Source: Nitrospirota bacterium (GTDB lineage: Bacteria > JACPQY01). From it: a DNA stretch of 34,015 nt. The stretch is from the NCBI GenBank assembly GCA_016180645.1, contig JACPAV010000036.1, positions 1 to 34,015 of the forward strand, written 5' to 3'. The position numbers were made by a program, and so were the translations under genes. The notes under the pieces are model-generated. The model saw nothing but the letters and a program-made list of their open reading frames with translations. It had not been told where the DNA came from and ran no database searches. Below are positions 22,698-31,136 of this stretch, piece after piece (within the stretch, counting starts at the first letter, position 1; each line of letters starts with the position of its first letter).

Positions 22698-22943
22698 GCC
22701 CTGAAAGCGCACACCGACCCAGCCTGGCCGTTCCTGGCGGTCTGAAGACGATTTGACGCTCCCGCAAAAGCGTCCGAAAAGAAGATCGTCATTTTATTGA
22801 GCTTGTACCCGCCATGGATTCTCAGCGGGCTCTTACGTGGCAAGAAATGTCAATCCATCCTCGAACCGTGGCTGGTCGAATCTTCACAGAATGCTTCAGC
22901 ATTGGTTCACGGCTGCGATTGACTCGAAATTGCGTAACACTTT

Positions 22944-23933
22944 TCAGGCTTCGAAGACCTGTTCATGGATTTTCTTCAATCGCGCCGTGGCCAGCTTCGC
23001 GTAGATTCTTGTCGTAGCCGGCGAGGCGTGTCCGAGCAAATCCTGCGTTGCGGCAAGATCGCCGGTTTTCTCCAGCACCATCGTGGCAAATGTCGCGCGG
23101 AAACGGTGTGGCGTAATCTTTCCTTGGAGGCCGGCCTTTCTCACATACTGCCACAGCGCAAGCCTCGCTCCACGCGGGGTGAGTCTGAGCAGTTCCTTGC
23201 CGGCCGCCCGGCTGTGCTGGGCGAAGAGCGGCGTGACCTTTCCCTTGCAGATGAGTTTCAATGACTTCCTCACCTCTAGGTATTCCTCCATGGCATCCCA
23301 ACCCCGCACGTCGAAGAAGACGAGCCTTTCGCGCGAGCCTTTGCCCATCACGCGCAACGCTCGCTGCCGGGCCTGCAAGTCCTCAGCGTTACCGCCGAGG
23401 ATCTCTGAGATGCGGGTACCCGTACAACGTAGGGTCTCGATGAGAGCCACGTCTCTGCGCCAGGCGACGAATAGCCGCGGTTTCCTCGTGTTGGGACGCG
23501 CCCGGGCCGCCTTGATGATGGCTTCCATCTCGTTCGGCTGGAGTACGCGCGGCAGTTTCCGAGCGCCGCGGCGCCGGATCGCCCGGTAGGCTTCACGGAT
23601 CCTTTCCATTTCCGAGGAGAGAGAGGGGTGGAGCTTCTCGCGCGCCAGATACCGGAGCCACGACTGAAGACCCGCGAGATACACCGCCACGGAGGCAGGG
23701 TTGGCCCGATCACGCCAGCGCTCGCCCGTGAGCCAGAGCGGATAGTCCAGCAGATCTTCTACCTTGAGCGCCGTGACCCTTGCTTTCAGCGGGTCGACCG
23801 GCACCTGCTTCAGGTAGTCCTTAAAGCATTCGAGGGCGGTGGAGTAGGCGCGGGCGGTCTCCTTGGAGCGGCCGACTTGCACCTCCGCGATGAACCGGTC
23901 GATCGTGTCTTGGATGGTGCTGCTACCGGCCAC
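22944..23933 (-). CDS. XerC/XerD-like tyrosine recombinase (Int1)
   Basis: N-terminal SAM-like region; TGTRISE, GKGSRER, PHRFR, LLGHAS, TTRIY; catalytic R-K-H-R-H-Y all present. Confidence 0.93.
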   Translation of the reverse strand: MAGSSTIQDTIDRFIAEVQVGRSKETARAYSTALECFKDYLKQVPVDPLKARVTALKVEDLLDYPLWLTGERWRDRANPASVAVYLAGLQSWLRYLAREKLHPSLSSEMERIREAYRAIRRRGARKLPRVLQPNEMEAIIKAARARPNTRKPRLFVAWRRDVALIETLRCTGTRISEILGGNAEDLQARQRALRVMGKGSRERLVFFDVRGWDAMEEYLEVRKSLKLICKGKVTPLFAQHSRAAGKELLRLTPRGARLALWQYVRKAGLQGKITPHRFRATFATMVLEKTGDLAATQDLLGHASPATTRIYAKLATARLKKIHEQVFEA

Positions 23934-23939
23934 GAGAGC

Positions 23940-23968
23940 ATCCTACCAACCTCTCACGCCCGTGTCAA
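23940..23968 (-). promoter_or_regulatory. sigma70-type leaderless promoter of Int1
   Basis: TTGACA-N17-TAGGAT-N6-GTG(23933). Confidence 0.75.
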
Positions 23969-24400
23969 CTACACTACCGCTAATGATGATTGTCGCCAGC
24001 GTAACCACTCTACGAGACTGCACAAGAATGGGGCGCCTGACCCAAGAATCTGCATCCAGCGGGTCTGCCAGCCGATGACTGCAAGAGCCTCGGTTTCGCC
24101 GGGATCAAGGCTTTGAAGAAAAACATCGTTGAACGATTTCTTCAGTGCTCCGATCTCGCTGGCTGTAGCGTCGACGCGTTCTATTTTTCCCTGATTGACC
24201 AACTCTTGTAGATTGATGGGCGAGGGGACTGCTGCTTGGTCGGTTGAATAGAAGAGTGCTTCGTCGTCAATTACGGTTCCTGGCACGACGATCTTATGAC
24301 GCGCTATCAGTTGTTCCCAGACAGAGATGTCGTAGGCGACAATGACAATGTTGGCGTCAGCCAGAAGCGGGGAGTTCAGTGCAGAAGGTTTGGCTGGCAT
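23969..24400 (-). pseudogene. PIN-domain-like protein, apparently truncated at the C-terminus
   Basis: LLADANIVI, VPGTVIDDEA and LDPGETEALAV are PIN-like; after ~24075 there is no final conserved Asp segment and the frame runs into the Int1 promoter; overlaps the XRE gene end. Confidence 0.6.
23973..24000 (-). other. dif/Xer-like candidate site 4 nt upstream of the Int1 -35 box
   Basis: Minus strand GCTGGCGACAA-TCATCA-TTAGCGGTAGT (11-6-11). Confidence 0.4.
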
Positions 24401-25487
24401 CTAGACCGTATTGCTGCAGAAAGGCAGGGAGGTCAAGAAGGCTTGTCTCGAGCAAGTGCGCAATCTTTGCCCGGGAAATGCTCGCTCGTTGGTAGGCAAG
24501 TACTGCGAGCCTTACATACTTTTCGGGGAACTTCGGTGGTTGGAACCATTTGCCTCGCATACTTACGCGGTCCAGAGTCCTGAAGTCTTCATCGGCCAAC
24601 AAGTGTTCCACGTCGTTCTGCTCAACTCTGCGCAGGCCTACCAGTCTCCACAGAAGCGCTTCGGTTGAGATTTCAAACCGTCGCGCAAAATCGATCAGGT
24701 CGACAACCTTGATTTTCCCATTCGTTAGTCGCCTTTCGAATTCAGCAATGACTAAATCTGCCGGTAGGAGCACGGCTGCGGCGAAGGCATTAGCGAGTTT
24801 CTCCACAAGCGTCCAGCGATTCTCATTGCCAATGAGCGTGCTTGGAGGGATGCTCTTCCATGTCACGAGATGAAAAAGTTCGTGTGCGAAATTGAAGTTC
24901 CGGCGCCAAGGCGCTTCTTGCAGATTCATCAAGATTGCGGGACCAAACGATCCGATCGTGCAGGCTGCTGATCCATCCATGCCTAAGTCGGCGTGCCAGA
25001 TCTTCACGTTATATTTTTCTTCAAGTACTTTCGCGAGGGCGACCGCAGGTTGGGACCCGAGGTTAAATTCCTGGCCGACCGAGAGTGCGAGCTCAGCTGC
25101 CCGTGAGTAAGGTGACTTCTCGAGATCGACATCTTGTTCTGGGAAGGAATGACTCCGAGTCTGACCGCTGATGTCCTCGAGGAGCTTATACTGTTGGCAC
25201 TTCAGAAGAAAGTCCGCCTCTATGCGCCTTGCATCCTCAGGTCGCTTTCGCCAGAGTATCGGAGGTCTATCCGGTTCAGTCTCCTGGAGGAGGTCAGATA
25301 CCGTCACAGAAAGCGCTTTGGCGATCTTGGTGAGTTCAGATGCACGTACTTCCCGATTGCAGCGCTCAATGTCAGAAATTGTCTGGAACGCAGTAATTCC
25401 GATTGCGGCGGCGAGATCGTCTTGGGACATACCCAGACGTTCACGATATCCTCGGATACGGTCAGCAAGCTCTTTCTTCGGGTTCAT
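24357..25487 (-). CDS. XRE-family HTH plus ImmA/IrrE (M78) metallopeptidase
   Basis: GMSQDDLAAAIG...ISDIER HTH; RRNFNFAHELFH (HExxH); EKLANAFAAAVLLP; GGAGGTG RBS. Confidence 0.92.
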   Translation of the reverse strand: MNPKKELADRIRGYRERLGMSQDDLAAAIGITAFQTISDIERCNREVRASELTKIAKALSVTVSDLLQETEPDRPPILWRKRPEDARRIEADFLLKCQQYKLLEDISGQTRSHSFPEQDVDLEKSPYSRAAELALSVGQEFNLGSQPAVALAKVLEEKYNVKIWHADLGMDGSAACTIGSFGPAILMNLQEAPWRRNFNFAHELFHLVTWKSIPPSTLIGNENRWTLVEKLANAFAAAVLLPADLVIAEFERRLTNGKIKVVDLIDFARRFEISTEALLWRLVGLRRVEQNDVEHLLADEDFRTLDRVSMRGKWFQPPKFPEKYVRLAVLAYQRASISRAKIAHLLETSLLDLPAFLQQYGLDASQTFCTELPASG

Positions 25488-25518
25488 CCACCTCCGGAGT
25501 TTCTTGAGTCCACGAAGT

Positions 25519-25547
25519 ATTGTCGCACTTATCGGCTAGATTTTCAA
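25519..25547 (-). promoter_or_regulatory. Candidate sigma70 promoter of the XRE-peptidase operon
   Basis: TTGAAA-N17-GACAAT upstream of the RBS. Confidence 0.5.
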
Positions 25548-25664
25548 GAAGAATCTGAAAACACCGCCATGCGTTTGGAATGCGAAGGGGATTCACAGCA
25601 TTGGACATTGGATTCTCAAGCGCATTCCACACATTAAATGCCAGCCAAAAGGCTCGGTGAGCGC

Positions 25665-26660
25665 CTACCGGGGGAAAGCCTTCTTGTGCGCCGCACGGAG
25701 GCGGGATGAGACGAGGGGGGCGTAGATGCGGGTTGTGGTGGGGGAGGCGTGGCCGAGGAGGTCTTGCGTCGCCGCGAGGTCGCCGGTTGCCTCCAGGATT
25801 TTGAAGCCATAGGTATGCCTCAGCCGATGGGGAGTCACCTTTTCGCGAATGCCGGCCGCCTTGACGTAGCCCCACAGCATCTTCCGAGCCCCGTGGGAAC
25901 TGAGACGGCGGAGTATCCGACCGGCACGTCGCCCATGCTGGGCGAAAAGGGGTGTGGATTTGCCCCGAACCGTGAGTCTGAGTGCTTGGCGCGCATCAAG
26001 GTACGCCTTCAGCGCCCGCCAGGCGGTTGAGTCGAACATCACGATTCGTTCCTTCGAGCCTTTGCCCGTGACGCGAAGTGTCTTGTCCCTCACGTCAAGC
26101 GCCTCCACGTCCGCCCCCAGGATTTCCGAGATCCTTGCGCCTGTGCTCCGGAGTGCCTCGACCAGGGCGATGTCGCGGAGCCTGGCCGCTTGGAGCCTGG
26201 GGGATTTCCCCGGGTGGGCGGTTCGGATCGTTTTCAAAATCTTGTCGATCACGTCGTCCCGGAGCGTTCGGGGGAGGCGTCTGCCTCGGGGCCTCGCGTC
26301 CTTATAGGCGTGCCGGATCCGTTCCATGTTCGAAGCGATGTCCGGCGCGAGCTGTTCCCGCTGGAGGTACCTGAGCCACGCCGTCACGACCGCGATGTAG
26401 GTTCCGACGGTGTACGGGTTTGCGCGGTTCTTGAAGTGGTCTGACGCCAGCCAAGACGGATACCGGACGACCACGCCGGCCGTGAGGCCCGAGGCCGGTG
26501 TCTTCCTGGGGTCGATCCTCGCGTCCTTGAGATACCGGAGCCAGTTGTTGAGGGCGTATCCGTACGTCGCGCCCGTGCGGGCGTGCCGGGCCTGCACTTC
26601 GGCTACGAACGCGTCAACGGTCTCCTGGAGGGTGGGGCTTTCTGCCCGGTCGTCCGCCAT
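25665..26660 (-). CDS. XerC/XerD-like tyrosine recombinase (Int2), paralogue of Int1
   Basis: TGARISE, GKGSKER, PHRLRH, LLGHAS, TTRIY; collinear with Int1 (shared RANP, MERIR, GDLAATQDLLGHASP). Confidence 0.93.
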   Translation of the reverse strand: MADDRAESPTLQETVDAFVAEVQARHARTGATYGYALNNWLRYLKDARIDPRKTPASGLTAGVVVRYPSWLASDHFKNRANPYTVGTYIAVVTAWLRYLQREQLAPDIASNMERIRHAYKDARPRGRRLPRTLRDDVIDKILKTIRTAHPGKSPRLQAARLRDIALVEALRSTGARISEILGADVEALDVRDKTLRVTGKGSKERIVMFDSTAWRALKAYLDARQALRLTVRGKSTPLFAQHGRRAGRILRRLSSHGARKMLWGYVKAAGIREKVTPHRLRHTYGFKILEATGDLAATQDLLGHASPTTTRIYAPLVSSRLRAAHKKAFPR

Positions 26661-26666
26661 GGTCCG

Positions 26667-26695
26667 AGGATAGCGCGGCCCACGGCCGGTGTCAA
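26667..26695 (-). promoter_or_regulatory. sigma70-type leaderless promoter of Int2
   Basis: TTGACA-N17-TATCCT-N6-ATG(26660). Confidence 0.75.
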
Positions 26696-26700
26696 TCTAC

Positions 26701-26728
26701 AGTTACCTATAGAATCATTTGGGTAATC
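26701..26728. other. Palindromic 11-6-11 candidate recombinase site 5 nt upstream of the Int2 -35 box
   Basis: AGTTACCTATA-GAATCA-TTTGGGTAATC (TTACC...GGTAA arms). Confidence 0.45.
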
Positions 26729-26773
26729 ATTAGAGAGAATGCCGTAACCCCCCAGGGCTTGCCGGGGCGACTT

Positions 26774-27095
26774 CTACTCCTTCCGCCGGAGGCTGAGCGA
26801 GACGCGGCCGAGGCGGATGGAGTCGCTGTCCATGAGAAGCTGGGGTTTGTGGATGGGCTCGGTGCCGTTCCGTATGTACGTGCCGTCGCGGTAATCCAGT
26901 CGCGCATGGAGAGTAGATACGGACGGATCCTCGATCTGCACTGCGTTCTCCTTGCCGCGTCCGATCGCAAACGACTCTCCGACCATGACCTATTCTTTCG
27001 GCCGGCCGCCGTTGGCATCGCGTAGCGAGAGCGACAAGGCTTGTAGTCGGGCTCGGTGCCCGCCGATGGAAGAAGCCATCGTGATCTTGGAATCC
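26774..27095 (-). pseudogene. Degraded paralogous 3' end (FHA domain) of the 31137..33083 gene
   Basis: SIGGHRARLQALSL...E*VMVGESFAIGRGKEN...D.SVS..HARLDYRDGTYIR...PQLLM...IRLGRVS aligns with the intact tail; Trp codon replaced by TAG at 26990-26992; 12-aa deletion (HFWIQDLGSRNG). Confidence 0.85.
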
Positions 27096-27390
27096 GGTGC
27101 GCCTTCCGTGTTCCGGTCGGTCTGACCTCCTGAAGACAGTGAACATGTCATATTGGCGCGGCAGGGGGCCACCAGCAACCCCCGTTTTTTGATGCTCTCC
27201 TCCCTCTGTGCGCCTGCATATCCTGAATGTTTTCTGTCGGCCTGACTCCCCAGCGGAACGGGATCGTGAAATCCGTCTTGCCATACGACATCCTTCCGTG
27301 GGAGGATCGCCGCATGGTCGGCGCTTAGGCGGAAAATGGGATCCGGACGTTTACCATCTTGACGAAATACAAAATAGGGAAGATCTGATC

Positions 27391-27657
27391 ATGTCGGACG
27401 AACATACCCAACTGCCGATTGTTGCCTACATTCATCGGGATTCGGATGCAAAGGACACAGAACTGGTCGGTCTGATGAGCCAGTTCGAGAAGGATCCGAA
27501 AAACGTGGACACCGTCTGCAAGATTGCCCGGAAACGAGTCCAGCAAGGTGATGTCAAGTTGGCTCGGATGTGGCTGGAGTACGCTCTGGCAATCTGTGAA
27601 AAGGATCTGAAACACGAGATCGAGAAGGAGATTCGGGAGTTGCGCCGTAGCGATTGA
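27391..27657 (+). CDS. Small helical, TPR-like hypothetical protein (88 aa)
   Basis: DPKNVDTVCKIA...GDVKLARMWLEYALAI resembles one TPR unit; start codon uncertain. Confidence 0.5.
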   Translation: MSDEHTQLPIVAYIHRDSDAKDTELVGLMSQFEKDPKNVDTVCKIARKRVQQGDVKLARMWLEYALAICEKDLKHEIEKEIRELRRSD

Positions 27658-27669
27658 CTGGAGGACGCC

Positions 27670-27880
27670 ATGATGACGGATATCGATCATGCATCCATTC
27701 AACCTTCCACCGGGGAACTATGGGTTCCTTGAAATGGTCTGCAACGAGACCGGCTGCAACTGTCGGCGTGTTTTCTTTTGCGTCGTCTGCTCATTCCGTC
27801 GGGAGGTCCAGGCGGTTGTGGGGTTGGGAAAGTCGGAACTTCCTCACGAAATGGATGAGGAGTGGCGATGCCCGTGGAGA
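27670..27880 (+). pseudogene. Frameshifted fragment of a Cys-rich (C-x4-C-x-C-RRV ... GWES) hypothetical domain
   Basis: GGAGG RBS and ATG at 27670; LPPGNYGFLEMVCNETGCNCRRVFF in one frame continues as WGWESRNFLTKWM in another (shift near 27820); recalled as a domain often found in SEC-C proteins, unverified. Confidence 0.5.
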
Positions 27881-27900
27881 GAAGGTAACAACAGCCATCC

Positions 27901-29880
27901 ATGTTGCGTAGCACGAAGCGTCGTGTTGCCGGGATCGTTCTTCTGGCCCTTGCGGCGCTCACAGGCGCGACCCTCTTTTCATACCGGCATCAAGATCCAA
28001 TCTTCATCGAGCTGCTACCGCTTGAGCTGCACCTGGAATACGAGCGCGCGGATAACCTGGCCGGGATGGTTGGCGCGACATGGGCCCGGCTGCTTGTCGA
28101 GACGTTCGGTGCCACGTCATTTCTCTTTCCGCTCCTGTTCCTTGCCGCGGGTTTGGGGAAACTTCGCTCTTCGCGCGCCACCCTCAGCATAACGCGAAAG
28201 ATCGCCATTGCAGGAGGTCTCCTCGCGCTCTCGGGTCTATCCCTTTTCTACGATCCAATGGAGAAAGTCGGATTTTCCAGGATCAAGGAACCGGCAGGGA
28301 TCGTGGGAAAGCATATCGGATCGGGTCTCGCGGACTCTCTGAATGAGAGTGGCGCGATCGCCGTCCTGTGTGGCGTTTTCCTTCTTTCTGTTGTGCTTGC
28401 TCTCCGAATCTCATTCAAGCAGACAACAAGGAGCGTCAAGTCTATGGTGCAGATCATTTTCCTGCCGGTTGGTTTCGTTCGAAAGGGACTCGCCACTGTC
28501 GGAATATCCGCCCGTGGAGGCGTGCGGGCCGAGGCACATCCCACCCACCGCGACAAGACTCCAATAAGCCGTCGCGAGCAAGAATTACCGATGTCCGCAC
28601 GGACGGGACCGGAGAAGGCCGCCGGCGCGGGGGCCAGGGACATTGCAGACCTACCCCTGCTCACCTCACCCGCCGAATACTCACCACCGTCAATAGCGCT
28701 GCTCAGCACGCCGGCAAAACCGGACCAGGCGACAAAGCAGAAGGAAATTCGAGACACTTCAGGTTCGATAGAGGCAAAGCTCATGGAGTTTGGCGTAAAG
28801 GGAAAGGTTGAGAATGTCGAGGTAGGCCCTGTCGTTTCTCTTTTCGAATTTGCGCCCGCGCCGGGCGTCAAGATATCCAGGATCACCACTCTGGCCGACG
28901 ACTTGGCAATGGCTCTCGGCTCGAAGCACATCCGGATTGTCGCGCCTCTCCCTGGAAAGAGTGCCGTTGGTGTAGAGGTGCCGAACCGGCAAAGGGACAT
29001 CATACGACTGGCGACAGTGTTGGGCTCCGAGGCTTTTCGAGCTTCAAGCTCCCCCTTAACCGTTGCGCTAGGCGAGGAAGGAACTGGAACCCCGCTCACT
29101 GCCGACATTGCCAGGATGCCTCATCTGCTTGTGGCTGGCTCAACGGGTTCCGGCAAGAGTGTGGCGCTCAACACCATCATCGTCAGTCTATTGTTCAAGG
29201 CCTCACCTGACCAAGTTAGACTCATCCTGATAGATCCAAAAGCCGTGGAGTTCACCGGCTATGATGCCCTTCCCCACCTCCTAACGCCGCCCATATCCGA
29301 TGTGCAAAAAGCGCGAATCGCCCTTGGCTGGGCTGTCCGGGAAACCGAACGCCGAAACAAGTTCCTCGCAGAGCATTCAGCCCGGAACATCGTGGCCTAC
29401 AACAAAAAGGCCGGGAGAAGGAACAATAAAGGGGAACCTGTGTCCGCTGGGTCCGGCAAGAGAGTCAAGACCCTTCCACACATCGTGATCATTATTGATG
29501 AACTGGCCGACCTAATGATGGTTTCCGCTGATGAAGTCGAGGGACACATCACCCGGCTCTCACAGATGGCCAGGGCGGCAGGGATCCATCTCATCCTTGC
29601 TACGCAACGACCCTCCGTTGACGTTGTGACCGGTGTTATCAAGGCCAACCTGCCCGTGCGAATTGCCCTGAAGGTCTCGACGCAAGTGGACTCGCGAGTC
29701 ATCCTCGACACCGGCGGCGCAGAACGCCTTCTCGGCCACGGAGATATGCTCTTCATCCCACCTGGTTCACCTGAACCCCTTCGGGCCCACGGGGCCTTCG
29801 TCACAGATGAAGAAATCGAGAGGGTCGGCAGTTTTGTGAGGAGGCAGGGAAGGACCTCTTATCTGGGTGAGTTAGCCTGA
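27901..29880 (+). CDS. ftsK: FtsK/SpoIIIE-family DNA translocase (4TM + alpha/beta motor) lacking the C-terminal gamma domain
   Basis: NLAGMVGA..A..L..TFG in the 4TM region; PAPGVKISRI; MPHLLVAGSTGSGKS; LILIDPK; IVIIIDELADLMM; LATQRPSVDVVTG; GAERLLGHGDML; stops right after the motor. Confidence 0.88.
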   Translation: MLRSTKRRVAGIVLLALAALTGATLFSYRHQDPIFIELLPLELHLEYERADNLAGMVGATWARLLVETFGATSFLFPLLFLAAGLGKLRSSRATLSITRKIAIAGGLLALSGLSLFYDPMEKVGFSRIKEPAGIVGKHIGSGLADSLNESGAIAVLCGVFLLSVVLALRISFKQTTRSVKSMVQIIFLPVGFVRKGLATVGISARGGVRAEAHPTHRDKTPISRREQELPMSARTGPEKAAGAGARDIADLPLLTSPAEYSPPSIALLSTPAKPDQATKQKEIRDTSGSIEAKLMEFGVKGKVENVEVGPVVSLFEFAPAPGVKISRITTLADDLAMALGSKHIRIVAPLPGKSAVGVEVPNRQRDIIRLATVLGSEAFRASSSPLTVALGEEGTGTPLTADIARMPHLLVAGSTGSGKSVALNTIIVSLLFKASPDQVRLILIDPKAVEFTGYDALPHLLTPPISDVQKARIALGWAVRETERRNKFLAEHSARNIVAYNKKAGRRNNKGEPVSAGSGKRVKTLPHIVIIIDELADLMMVSADEVEGHITRLSQMARAAGIHLILATQRPSVDVVTGVIKANLPVRIALKVSTQVDSRVILDTGGAERLLGHGDMLFIPPGSPEPLRAHGAFVTDEEIERVGSFVRRQGRTSYLGELA

Positions 29881-30002
29881 GTAACGCCCTCGACCGCCTT
29901 CGGTCAGTCCAATCTTGATTCCGATGTTGCCATTCCCACTCCCAAGCCGGTTCTGGATTCCCAAACCCCAAAACGGGGTAGAGAAGTGCTGATGAAGAGA
30001 TT

Positions 30003-30089
30003 TCAATGTTTGCACCTGAGGGTAAGTGCGACACGACCGAGGCGGATGCGGTCACCGTCCATGAGGAGTTGGGGTTCGTGGATGGGATC
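30003..30089 (-). pseudogene. Second orphan 3' tail of the FHA gene
   Basis: DPIHEPQLLMDGDRIRLGRVALTLRCKH*; ~45/53 nt identical to both 26808-26860 and 31171-31223. Confidence 0.8.
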
Positions 30090-30103
30090 GATCTCGTCCA
30101 CGC

Positions 30104-31075
30104 CTAGCGACTCTTGTCAGCCGCGATAATTCGGAGGGAGTCGCCCTTGGCAACAATTTCGAAGGAACGTTTTGCCTGCATGGGTTGCGGGCCAAAGGAA
30201 ACTAGGATCCGGCCTTCTTCCGTCTGCTGATCCCAGTAATAGGGCCAAGCGATCGGAATCTCGTCCGACGTGACACTGCTTATCTTTTTTCCCCTGGAGA
30301 CGTAGATCGTGTAGTCAATATCGGTGATGAACAAATCGCGCACCGCAATGTCTTCCACAACGGCAATGCACAACGGGGTCTTGCCGGTCCCGACTTGATA
30401 GATCCCGTTCACGACTCTGGCGTGCATCGATAGATCTACTAGCTTCTCAGGACGTATGCTACCGCTGTACTCGAATTCGAGAAGTGCGCTCTGGCTTCGA
30501 ATCTTGAGGGCCGATCCAAGGGCCACGCACCCCGGCGGTATGGTTGCGCTGAAGGGATGCTGCTGAGGAGGCGCAGTCCGAGACTGAATCACCGGCCCAG
30601 TCACACAACCACCCTCGTAAACGCACGCGCGGAGGCAGACTTTGGCCAGAGGGGATCCTTCCTCATCATGTTCCATCGTGGTTGAGACCAACTGCATTCC
30701 TGCAAGAAAATCGGGGTCCGCCTCACGGATCGATACATGGAATTGGAGAGATGATTCTCCGCTCGCGGTCGCCGAGTCGACCATCTCCACGGAATACCTC
30801 GACTCTATTACCTTTTCCACTGCATCCAGAAGAGCCATCTTCTTGGATAGCTCATTCGCTGCTTCTGCCCCCACGCCACGCGTGTCGGCAGCTCCGTATG
30901 CGCATCTTTCAACGAAGTCACCTGACTGAATGGACGGTTCGAGTCGCCTGGGGTGCTCCTCTGCGGAATCGGCGCCGGACGATGACCCGAGGTAACACGC
31001 CCAGGGTAGTATGAATGCGTAGCGAACCTTTCCTGCGGCCTTCGCCAGACGGAGACGCAGGTATTCAATAACCAT
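30104..31075 (-). CDS. Hypothetical, probably exported protein (323 aa) with a possible LPP20/FlgT-N-like region
   Basis: GGGAGG RBS; N-terminal basic then hydrophobic stretch; AANELSKKMALLDAVEKV helix; co-oriented with upstream genes. Confidence 0.6.
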   Translation of the reverse strand: MVIEYLRLRLAKAAGKVRYAFILPWACYLGSSSGADSAEEHPRRLEPSIQSGDFVERCAYGAADTRGVGAEAANELSKKMALLDAVEKVIESRYSVEMVDSATASGESSLQFHVSIREADPDFLAGMQLVSTTMEHDEEGSPLAKVCLRACVYEGGCVTGPVIQSRTAPPQQHPFSATIPPGCVALGSALKIRSQSALLEFEYSGSIRPEKLVDLSMHARVVNGIYQVGTGKTPLCIAVVEDIAVRDLFITDIDYTIYVSRGKKISSVTSDEIPIAWPYYWDQQTEEGRILVSFGPQPMQAKRSFEIVAKGDSLRIIAADKSR

Positions 31076-31136
31076 ATTGGCTTTCCTCCCTTCAACGGGA
31101 AAACGGTTCAGTTCACATTCTTTCGTGCCATGATAG

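Noticed and set aside
22944-26660. Naming the two recombinases xerC and xerD, or calling a prophage
   Set aside because: They resemble each other more than a XerC/XerD pair would and sit among cargo and pseudogenes; no phage structural or replication genes are present.
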